From Guillardia theta CCMP2712 (taxonomy: Eukaryota > Protista > Cryptophyta): DNA of 64,000 bases. Shown here in pieces: positions 36,401-47,200 of the stretch (position 1 is its first letter; the number at the start of each line of letters is the position of its first letter). The notes below the pieces were generated by a model. The model was not told where the DNA came from. It saw only the letters and a list, made by a program, of their open reading frames with translations, and made no database searches. The stretch covers positions 151,965-215,964 of the forward strand of contig NW_005434568.1 in assembly GCF_000315625.1 (NCBI RefSeq), in the 5' to 3' direction. A program made the position numbers and the translations under genes.

Positions 36401-37070
36401 TGGACAGAACCCTCTCGTCAGAACCCTCCTCTTTTCACCTTCACCCTTAGAATATCTCCCCCCCCCCCGCTTCCCCCCCTCTTCCTTCTCCCTCCCCCCA
36501 GCATCACCTGAAAGGACAGTGCTGCGTATCAATCCCTAAGATAGCTTTCACGAGGCTACGCTTCATCCTTCGGGCACTCAGTCAGCGACACGCATAGTCG
36601 ACAAGGAACTCATTTCACCTGCCCGCTGAGCCAGACAGGAACAGAGTCAGTTGGTGGTTACAAAGTCTCTGCAAGGTGTCGTATGCGTGCTGGTGGCAGT
36701 TGACCAGGCCCGTGTCGTCATATGAGCGCAACTTTGGCCACAGACTGTTGATGGCATTCCGCAGAAAGACCCTCCGATCCATGTAGTTCTTGCACACACT
36801 CCTCAGCCTCGAGTTGTCAAATTTTCTGCATTGACAGCATCAGCATCGAGAGGAGATGCAGCATGGCGCTGCTCACCGCACGTATCCCTCCCATGTCTGG
36901 TTGCTCAGCGTTGGGCAGCGGTCGATCACAGTCTCGCAGCCAGCGTCATCGAACATTACAGCCTCCCAGGTGCTGTCCCGGTTCAGCAAGATCCAGTCTT
37001 CTGGGGGCCTACGAGCAGACGGGGCTCCGCTCTGAGCCCAACTTGAGTAGGACGTGTGGCTGGAGGTCAT
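33447..37070 (-). CDS. Dynamin-like (BDLP/mitofusin-type) protein with degenerate GTPase motifs, multi-exon
   Basis: LTLFLSGSAGR|MKRSLVKAILG (G1-like), GLEIVDGPT (G3-like), ADGIVFVVNA, LEGGLASFLERH..R helical neck, long coiled stalk (34422-35423) and hydrophobic paddle. Last exons at about 33607-33663 and 33447-33482. Confidence 0.6.
33695..33817. repeat. Intronic 28-bp tandem repeat, about 4 copies
   Basis: Unit TCTTCCCTTCCCCTCCCTTTCACTCTCA. Confidence 0.85.
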
Positions 37071-38667
37071 GGCTTGTGTAAGTGCCTGCACGTCAGGTCA
37101 AAAGGTGTAAATGGGAGACAGGTCAAATGAAGTTGTAGCCAACAGTGAATGGCTGGGAGAAAACGTTGGATATTAGCTAGAGGGGAGATACGGCAGGGTA
37201 CAAGATGCAGTAAAAGCCATCAAGAAAAGAAACAGAAATGGGTAGGCCCAAAGTTGTGTGTGGAATCATGCAGCTTCAGCAATAATGGAAGATAGCATGT
37301 GGGGTAGGTGCAGGGGATGAGATGGTATGAAGGTAGAAAGGGGATGCGAACAGAGGGCAGAGAGGAGAGGGAGGGAGGAAGGAGGAGAGGAGAGGAGAGG
37401 AGAGGAGAGGAGAGGAGAGGAGAGGAGAGGAGAGGAGAGGAGAGGAGAGGAGAGGATATCAGGAGGGAGAAAGCTTGCGGCAATGCTGCATTATCGATCT
37501 GCATTGCAAACCCTGGAGAAAAAATGTGCGGCAGATTCAAGGCTGGTAGAGATTGAGGGGGTGGTTTTGATTTGGGGGTTGGTAAAGCCTTCAGACATTG
37601 GGGTGGGGGTATGCAAAAATTGATTAATCCAGGAGGGTTTAGGAATGAAGGGGTAGTTCAGATTAAGTCCAAGAGGTCATTAACGGGGTAGGGTGTGATG
37701 ATGTAGGGGTACTCTAAAAATGAAGTTTATTTGATTACGTTGGGTGGGATGGACTGATCTTTGAGGGGTGGGTACTCCATGTTGCAGCAAAAGTAATGAT
37801 GGCAGAAGCAAGGGGAAATGGAGGGAACAGGGGGAGGGGAGGAGGAGGAGGAGAGATGGCGAGGAGAGCAGGAGAGCAGGAGAGGATAAGGAGAGGAGCT
37901 GTGGAGTCGAGGTCAAACGAGGGATCATTGGAAGGAAGCCTTTGGTTGGGGGTGTCGGGAGGGGTCAGGGAGGCGGGAAGGTGGGGGGGGGGGAGCGAGA
38001 TAGAGGCGGAAAAGGTTGGGAGGTGAACAGGAAGGTGGAGAAGAGTGACGTCGAAGGTGGTCAGAAGAGGGGAAGAACAGTGGGCATGAATTGTGGGTGA
38101 GGAAAAGATCCTGATCTGACGAGGTAGTGGAAGAATCGAAACTTTGGGTGGAGGAGGAGCTGGTCGGGCAAGCCGTTTGTGAAGGTTTTGGTGTTGTTGC
38201 TTGTGAGGCAAGAGCTTGACAAGCTCGCAAGAATGAAGGTTGAGGAGCACTTGTACGGGATGTTGACTTCCTTGCTGTGTCTTGTGGACGAAGAGCTGTT
38301 GTGCATACAGGTCAAGTTGCCGCTAGCAAAGTTGAAACGCTGATGAGCGCTGTTGCCTAGTGTTGTGAATATGTTGGTGGAACAGTATGTACAGGAGAGA
38401 AGTGACGATCAGCATGAGAGAAGTGCTTCGTTGTCTGTTTGAATGATTCCGATGAGTTTCCTCGCTTTGCGCAACGATGCTTTTTCCACAACTACAATCC
38501 TGGTACCTCACTTTACCAGTTCGAAGGTGGTTCAGAGTCCTCGGGTCGACTCTGCGTTCGCTCCGAGAAGATCGTTTGGCGCAAGACAGTGCTAGATGTC
38601 TGTCTGGCACTCTCTAGGATATGACGAAATCCATTTGAGTGATGTCATAAATAAAGTCTTGCCCTCC

Positions 38668-40559
38668 ATGGCATTCTCGCCTTCTCCATCACGGTCGCTA
38701 CCTCTCCTCCTCCTTCTCCTTCTGCTCCTTGTGACCTTCATCTTGACAAGCATCATTCCCTTCTCTCTCGTCTTCTCGCTCTGCTCTCCTCGTCTGCCTC
38801 CCTTCGTGTCCCCTCCCTCGTCTCTCCTTATTTCCCGACCACCCCACCCCTTCCACTGCGATTTTTTCATTGTACACTACCCACCCAGTGCGGTAAATTC
38901 TCGAAGCCATGCAGAAGATTTCGCTTGTCCTCGCATTCATGTTATTCGCCGGTGAGAGGAGGAGGAGGAGGACAGAGGGCAGCGAGAAGAGGAAGAGGAG
39001 ACCAGAGACATGGGAAAGGAGAGAAGAGAAGAGTGGTGTGAAGAAAGGAAGGGAGGGGAGGGAGAGGATGGGGAGGATCGGAGCATAGCGGGAACATTGG
39101 ATGTAGTGGGTATGCCAACAGGCATCTGAAAGAAGTTACGTCGAGAAGTCACGATGTAGGAAGAGATTTGTGAGAGTAGGAGGAGAAGATACCTAGTCCG
39201 AGAGAGTTGTGATGAGTGGGGGAGGGGGGAGGCGGGAGGATCCGTGGGGTCGGGGTAGCGGGGTAGCAGAGGGGGAGGGAGGGGAGGGGAGGGAGCACCT
39301 AAAGTGCAAGAACGAGGTGAAGACAAGTGAGCTAGCAAGATAGAAGTGATGAAGGTGACGAGGAAAGAGCTGAAGAGCTAGAGGACAAAGAATTCTTCTC
39401 TGAGATTTGGGACTAGGAGTGAACTCTTGGACGGTTCCGTCGTCTCCATTCACAAGGTCAAAGGCTACTTCAGCGCCTCCCCCCCCGCCCCTCATTTCTC
39501 TTCCCCCTCTCCCCTTTTCTTCTCTCTATCATCTTCTCTTCTCGTCCCCTCTACCTCTTCTGCTCTTCTCTACCCTCCTGCATCTCACCGGCTCCACAGA
39601 GCCTCTGCTTCCCTCCGCAGCCGTGCGGTCCGACCGCTTCGAGGAGGGGGCGGCACTGTGATGTCGGACGCTGACAAGGTTTGCTGGCATGCCGTCTTGT
39701 CTTGCATTCCTCTCATGTCTTGCATGAAGATCATTGTGAAGAAGCCGACAGAGAAAGAGAAAGAGATCGCTTCGAACTGGCCCACCTGGTGAGTGATAAT
39801 ACATCAGCAGACGCACCTGGCGGGGGCTTCTTGAGCAGCCCGTGTACCTTGATGGTTGTGCATTGAAATTTCTCTTTTCGCCTCTCACCATCCCTTTTAT
39901 CGCATTTCCTTTCTCTGCTTCAGTTCCCTCCGTCCTCTCTTGTTTATCCCTGACATATCAGACTGACCGTGACTTAGGCAATGTGGAGTGTCGAAGTTCC
40001 CTTGGTCTTATGACTCCAGAGAGACTTGTCTTGTAAGTTTCAATATTTGCCTTCCCCCCACACTCTCTGCAGTCTCCTCGCCCCTTCCTCCCCCCCTTCC
40101 CACCCCACGTGCTTCCTTTCCCTGCTCAGCCTCCTCTGACATGCTTGGTCTTCGCCTCTCCCCTCCCCTTCTTGACAGTCTCTCACTGGAGTGATACTAT
40201 CCTCGCTTCCTCGTGATAATTTTTGGCTCCTCTTCAGGTGCTCGAGGGCGAGGTAATTGTCACTCCCAACAAAGGCGAGCCTGTTAAGATCCAGGTCTTC
40301 CTTCCCCTTCAACTCCCCCCCCTCTCCCCCCTCCCGTCCCACTTTTGTTCTCCTCCTCCTCCTCCTCCTCCTCCTCCCTTTCCCTCCTGCTTTCCTGCAA
40401 CCAGCTGTGTTCTCCCCATCCCTTCGGCCACCTTCCCAGTTCCTGCATCCTCCTCTCTTATCCGACCAACAGGCCGGCGACATGGCGGTCTTCCCGCAGG
40501 GCATGTCCTGCACGTGGGACGTGACGAAGGCTATTCGCAAGCACTACAACTTTGATTAG
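38668..40559 (+). CDS. DUF861 / Cupin_3 protein with probable bipartite (signal plus transit) plastid-targeting leader
   Basis: Core exons: MSDADK|IIVKKPTE..NWPTW|QCGVSKFPWSYDSRETCL|VLEGEVIVTPNKGEPVKIQ|AGDMAVFPQGMSCTWDVTKAIRKHYNFD*. Leader exon 38668-38951 (MAFSP..LLLLLLLLLVTF..) joins in phase to 39600 (RASASLRSRAVRPLRGGGG). Confidence 0.85.
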
Positions 40560-41180
40560 CCTGTGGATTCTGCTGTGACGGCGGCGGCCTTTGAACTTTC
40601 GAACTGTTATTTGAAGTATCGGAACTAGAGCTGCAGGCTGAGGGCCCCGGGCCCGGCCCACGGCTGGCGGGGGCCGGAGGGAAGAGGGGGCAAGGGAGTG
40701 AGGACTGAGACGGTATCTTACACGGTGTGTGTGGGTGAAGCTGATCAAAACGGTTGACCGTCCGCCGCAGTGTTCAAAGGTTTGCTTGTCCGATCATTCT
40801 ACCAGTTCGTACTGCACTACCTCACCCGGCCGCAAAGTCTACCGTACAGTAGCACCGTACGGTGTATCAGATCCGTTCAGTCGGACAGCTAGGGCTTACA
40901 AATCCGCCCCAGAGTACGGTAAGGAAAAGAGAAGGGGCAGCAACGTTCGGTGGGTTCCTGGTGAAAAAAAAACAAACGAGGCTCCCACGACAAATTGCGG
41001 TACTGCTACCGGTGGTTTTCGGATTGTTTAGAGTACTACCCCCATATTCCCATCTGTGTACCGGTCTATCCCTGGGTACTACTGCTCGCATCCTCCAAAT
41101 GTACCCACCCCCTTTCCCTCCAGGTACCAGAAAGTTCCTTTGCCTCCGCTCCCTCCCATCCTACACCGCACGTACTCGCT

Positions 41181-42817
41181 ATGTCAGACAGGTTCTTTAA
41201 TGCAGGCTGCTGGGACATCCAAGGTACATCCTGGCAAGAGTATGAGCGGTATCCAATGCTCAAACTTCCACCACCACCGGCAGCAGCAACAACAACACCA
41301 GAACCAGAACCAGAACCAGATCTAGAACCAGAACCACCAACATATGCTCCTCTTAATCATCATCAGGCTGAGGTCAGTGGAAATACGGAGTTTGCAGAAC
41401 AAACCCAAGCACCTACTCATTCGGACCATGTTATGAAGATGATTGACAGCAACCTGCTGGACATTGGATTCGAGCCTCAACAAGGCTTCGATCAAACAAA
41501 TCCGTTTTCCTCTTCGCTTCTCACATCCAACAAAGAAGTTTCGGATACGAACCAGCAGCTCTCCAGTGTCAAAGAAAGACCTGGACCTAGGCGAACTATG
41601 TTGACAGAATTGTTCCCGAAACAAGCAGCAAATCCGAATCCCATCGGGGAGACGGAAAGACAATTCTTGGATGAGGGCTGCACGGTGTTTGGCGACGTCT
41701 TTGGTAAGATTGAGCCCGATGAGTCGAGAGGAACTCTGTGGTCATCAGACGCATTGAGCCCAAGCACGTTGACACAACGTCTGACCTCAAGCAGGTTACC
41801 ATGCAACGACATATTGAGCACGACAACAGATCAGATTAAGCTCCAGCGTGCAAGCGAAGCGACGAAAGCTCTCGACAACGAGCAGGCAGCGAGCACATCT
41901 TGCTCAAGCAGCGAGCACCTGTTGCTTAAGCAGCGAGCACCTGTTGCTCAAGCAGCGAGCACATCTTGCTCAAGCACTTCCTCGTCCTCCGGCTCGATGA
42001 CTTGCGTGCCAACAACTCCCAAGGAGTCTTACTGCTCTAAAAGACAATTGGTTGCTGTGGAAGTTGACGGGCCTGCCCTGCCTGCTTTTCACAGCCACAA
42101 GTCAGCATTGCTGGATTCCATGTTGCTGTCGATTGTACAACAAACCAGCGCCCGGATGAACTTGGCTCCAGACAAGCTCAAGACGTTTGCATTGAGTCTC
42201 CTGCTAGATGCTTACGCTGTACAGACTGTTCTTCCATCGAAGCAATCGAATCAAGTGCTGCACTACAAAGTCCGGGCCTTTGTTGAAGCTCTCATCAAAT
42301 CGCCACTCGAACTGGACAGCGAAAGTTCTTATGTCGTGTGCGTTCGTGTCGAGACGGCAGAAGAAGACTTTGATTGGACTGCTGCAAAGAAGAATCGAAG
42401 GATCATGTACAGAGAGCAGGGCGTGCTCTGGGAGCTCATCGCTGTCGTTTCTGCTGTCTCTCTCGAGCAGCCGACTGCAGAGCAGTTTCAACATCACAAA
42501 GTCAGGGTTATCAAAAGAACGATGGGCATTGATACCGACTCCCAGAACGAGCAGGAGCAGGAGCAGGGGGATCATAACTGGAGTGCTCAGCTGTCCAACT
42601 TTGCGAATAGAGCAGGCCTGCAAACTTGGGTTGTTGACGCACAAAACAGGAACAATTTCAACCAGTCCGTTATGCAGGATGCCGATGGGGTCTACAAGCT
42701 GGTGCTGATCTACTCCCCAGACAAGGCGGAGCGCGAGAACAAGAAGGTTGACCACAAGAACAATGCCAAGAAGCAGAAACTTCAAGAAAAGAAGAAGGCA
42801 GACGCCGCCAGGAAAGG
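41181..42817 (+). CDS. Hypothetical protein (orphan, about 545 aa plus unknown 3' end)
   Basis: Long unbroken ORF from ATG 41181 with a disordered N-half, globular-looking C-half and Lys-rich NLS-like end. Possible donor GTGAGA at 42818; the ORF otherwise runs on into the GC island. Confidence 0.65.
41888..41975 (+). repeat. 4 x 22-bp palindromic tandem repeat inside a CDS
   Basis: Units AGCGAGCAC(ATC/CTG)TTGCT(C/T)AAGC, each with GAGCA-N5-TGCTC dyad (one mismatch in unit 2). Confidence 0.9.
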
Positions 42818-42889
42818 TGAGAGTCTCAAACTCGATCTCGTGCCATTGAAGGAGCCTCGCCTTCGAGTGACTCCCACGGTTTGGCAGGC

Positions 42890-43760
42890 CCTGAGACCGT
42901 CACAGAGTCACGCCGTGCCCAGCGGGCCGGGGGGCCGCGGGGCGCGCCGCCGGCCGCCGCCCCGCACTGCGGACCTGACACCACCCGCCGGTCACCCGCC
43001 GCACCCGGGGCCGCCGCGCGAGCCTGAGTCGCCGCAGGCGGCGGCGGCCGCCGGGCCGCCCGGGCCGGTAGCCTTGCCGCTAGTAGCCTAGTAGTACGGT
43101 AAAGAGCCTGAGATCAAGTTCACTGCCACGGTGAGTAAAGAGCCTAAGATTTTTCGAACTTGCGGTCTGACCCGTTTGAATCTTGCCAAGCCTGTTGCCG
43201 CAGTGCACTGAACGGCGGGCCCCGGTACCGTGGAGCCCGGCTCCGACGGTCGGACCGACGACGATCATGAGGCGTCCGACTGCCGGCGGTAACCGTCACG
43301 GCCACGGCCGGCGTCACGGTTCAAGTCAGTACGGTAAGTCGATTCAGCCGGGGCCGAACCGTTGAACTTCCCGGCCGCCCGGCCCGGGGGAGTCCGCCGG
43401 GCCCCCGGGAGTCCGGGCGGGTCGCCGCGTGACAGTGATCATCCGATGATGAGTACCGTACGGTCATGGCGATCGGACCGCCGTACGGTAACGTTAGTAC
43501 GGTAACGGGCCGGCGGCCGGGCGTCCGCCACGTACGGTCCCGTCGCCCGGCCCGCCACCGCCGCCGCCGCCGGCTCCCGGCCCGGCGGGATCCGACGATC
43601 CCGGGCCGCCGCCCCGCCGGCGGCCCGCTGTCCGATCGTCCCGGAGTCCTATCCGGCGGGACCCGACACTGATCCCATCCGACAGCGGCTCCCGTGTTGC
43701 GCCGTGACAGACAGACATCTTCCATGCTTTGTGATGCTCTGGCACTCCGCAGCCGGCTCA
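42890..43760. other. GC-rich palindromic island
   Basis: Same vocabulary (ACGGT, TCGGA/TCCGA, GAGTC, CCGG, GATCATG). Confidence 0.8.
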
Positions 43761-44281
43761 GTAGCATGTGGCAGGACATGGAAGCCCGTCGACATGAACA
43801 TGGCAGCAGCTACTGAGCATCAAAGAGGAGGCAGAGGTAGACAGCGTGAGGCAGAGGGCAGGAGGAGGAAGGGATGAACGGGATAACGAGGAGACTTCGG
43901 TGGATTCAGATATCAGAGTTGGAGTGGGTCGGAGGGATGAGTATCAACATTGATGAGAGCGTAGGAGATGGTCATGCGACAATGGTGCAGAAGCTCAAAA
44001 AGTGTTAATTAGGTAGAGGAGAGCGAGGAGAAGGTGGTGTGGCAAGAGCAGAGCTGACAGAGGAGGAGGTAGCGGATTCGCAAAGTGAGTCGTAGCAGCT
44101 GGATGGATAGCATTACAGCGAGGGAAGTAAATAGCGAGTGGATCAGCAGTGATGAACATGATTATCACAGGCCGTCACTTCATACGCTTATATCGTAGAC
44201 ACATGTACATCTCATTCATTTCACATTCTCCGCGATCTCTCATTCTGCTGCACAGAAGCCTCCCTCGTTGGGACGAGCGCG

Positions 44282-47200
44282 ATGAAGGTATCCATGCAAG
44301 AGCAGATCGCTTTCTGTGTGATCGCCTGGTTCGGCTTCGGTCAGGATGCGCTGATACAGCAGGCAACAGCTGACTCTTGCCCGGCAGCTCATATCACACC
44401 CTGCGATACCCTGCGACCCGTCATGTCGAGCCGAGGGCATGCGGAGAGGAGCCTGGTGAGCCGACATGCGGTGCGTCCTCGGTGAAGGTGTTGGAGCAGG
44501 TCCGGCTGAGAGGAGGAGGGAAGCAGAGCTCGTTCCAGAAGGCATTCACGGGGATGCAAGATTCGGTAGGGGAGGAGATGGGGGTTGGAAGAAGGAGGAT
44601 GACAGTGTTGAGAGGTTTGGGACGAACTGCTGGCAGAGAATACGGGCGATACTCCGTGAGTGGCAGCTGGACATGTTACAGGATGATGATGAGAATGGTG
44701 GTGGAGAAAATGATGATGATGTTTGAAGAGATGATGATGGAGATGATGATGGTGGTGGAGATGATGATGATGTTGATAACGTTTATGACGATGGTGATGA
44801 TGACGACGACAATGACGATGATGTCAACAACAGTCTTGAGGAAGGGTTTGAAGACACACGGTTGTTTCAGAAGCTGTCATCGTTCGACCCCAGACTCTTC
44901 AACATCACCGACGAAGGTTCTTACGAAGCTCTTGTTTGTGCGCCTAACAGGCTGCTCAGACTCGAGCGCGGGAGAAGGACCCAGGTGAAGGACGTCTGAC
45001 GTCTCTGATTGCTTGCTTGTCGTTTCATGGCATCCTGTTGTCTCCTTCCTGTCCGCCTCGTCCTCTCCTGCTCATCTTGCCCTCCTCTCCTCTCCTCCCT
45101 TATTGCCCCTTTTACATCAGTAGTTTACCTTGCACCTCCTCCCATCTCCCTCTTCCCCACCGCCCTCTCTCTCTCCTTCTCCCTCTTTCGCTCGTTCTCC
45201 CTCTTCCTTTCCCTTTCTCTTCCCTCCTCACCCCATGTCAGATCCGTGAAGGCAGAATACTTCCAAGATCGAGGTCAGAACGCTTCCTCCCCTTGCTTGC
45301 ACACAAGCTGGGATGGGGCGAGCTGGGAAGGGGACGTGCGAGTTCCGCAAGACTGCGGAGACCTTTGGAAGGCTCTCCTGCACACCAGATGGGGAAGGTG
45401 AGGCCGCAAACTGTGGCTGGACCCCAGCTGACTTTGATGACAGTCGAATTGTCCTCGACAAAGGGATTTGGAGGCTGCACGACTATGGCGAGTTGATGCT
45501 GGGAGGAGGAGAGCGAGGAGCTGGAGGGCAGCTGGAGGAAGAGGTGGGACAGGGGAAGGAGGGAAGCTTGTCCGGTCTGCAGGTGGAGGGGGCGGGGGCT
45601 GGTAGCACGGAGATCAATGGCTGTTGGAACTTGGAAGACAGGCGGAGGAACGTCGAGAACTCGTTTCGAGTGAGTTGCATGGGAGGGGATGGGGAGAGGA
45701 GGTGAAAGTTGCTGCAGAGCCTGACCTTCAACTACTCGGACGCTCTCGAGAAACAAGCGAGAATCCTCAGTCATGGTCTGAACGTCTTCCTGTCCCCTTG
45801 CCAACACGCTCACCTTCATGGCCCGTCCTCTGCGATGATCTTGTCTTCTCGACCTCTTGCTCAATTCCTTCGGTTCTTCCGTGTCTGTTCCTTCTCCACG
45901 TCATCGTTCTCGATCTTTGTGATGTAATCCTCCTCTCGCCTCCTCACTTGGGTTGTCTCATACAGCAAACACCTACTGTCTCGACATCATGTCTGGCTCC
46001 TGGAGCTTCAATGACTGTGAAATTCGCTCATACAAGGTGCCCTTCCTTCCTGCCTGCTGCCTGCTGCCTGCTGCCTGCTGCCTGCTGCCTCCTGCCTCCT
46101 GCCTCCTGCCTCCTGCCTCCTGCCTCCTGCCTCCTGCCTCCTACAACTGACGGTGCACTAGTCAACGTGCTTGAGAGGTAGCTCAAGCTCGTCGCTGCGG
46201 TCTGACTTCTACCTTCCTCGCTTCTTCCTCACGCGCCGCAGACTGCAGAGATGCGTTATTGGAGGAGACGATCCGGGGACATCGGACAGGGAGAACTCGC
46301 CGGCGGAGATGATGCAATACGTGAATGAGATCCGAAAACGAGCAGGTTGTTCCTTCGCATGCCTCGTACCCTTTTACCGAGTTGTTGAGATGTGTTGTAC
46401 TGAGCTATTGAGATGTCTTGTATCAAGTGAAGTATATTGTATCTAACATTGTTGTCGATGCAGAGAACGGAGTGATTCTTAAGGACACTGCGACAGCGTA
46501 CTTGACTGACTGTGAGATTTGGTATAACCTGCTGATCGCCTTGCACGCTGCTTTCCATGCTTCCAGTCTGCCAGTCTGCCAGCTTGCCTGCTATCACTTC
46601 CCTATTCCTCCTCCTTTCTCTGCTCATCCTCGATTCTCCTTCTTGACGCTCGTGCTCTCTGTGTTGCCCCTCGCTCCTACTGTCACACCTTCGCCTCTTC
46701 TTCCTTGAAGTCTCCTCCTTCTCCCTCCCCTCCCCCCATCTTCCCCTCCTCTCTCCCTCCACTCATGTCTCCCTCCTCGCTCTCTTCCACTCATCTCTTT
46801 CTCCTGCCTCTCCTCAATTCATCTCTTCTTTCTCCTCCTTCTCGACAAATCTCACGCGTTTCCTCCCTTGACTTCAGTTTCACCGGCTCTTATTACGGGA
46901 GCGCGATCTCGTGCAAGGAAAACTCTAGCGCTGTTGCCTTCAGCTGCAACTTCAGAGAGAACTCTGCAGGTCAGCAACGAGATTGCAAGGCAGTTTCTTT
47001 GGCTCACCTTGATGCCAACATGTTGCCTCTGAAGTTTCTGCCTCTGTTCTCCTTGCATCTACTTCTGTCATTCTTCTCTCTCTTTTTCTACTTGTACTGG
47101 ATCTTACTTTTCCTCTTCTCTCTCTGTTTCTTTTTCTCATTGTTTGTTGTATGGTTTCATGGACCATCTCAACATTTCCGCAGCAATCGTCATGCATGAC

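Noticed and set aside
38100-38650. Possible small gene or pseudogene
   Set aside because: Only short broken frames, no consistent splice model or motif.
41888-41975. CRISPR-like palindromic repeats
   Set aside because: Units are head-to-tail with no unique spacers, the context is eukaryotic, and there are no cas genes.
40995-43091. 698-aa ORF as listed
   Set aside because: Non-ATG start lies in a promoter-like TACCC tract and the tail reads into the GC island; the core from ATG 41181 is retained instead.
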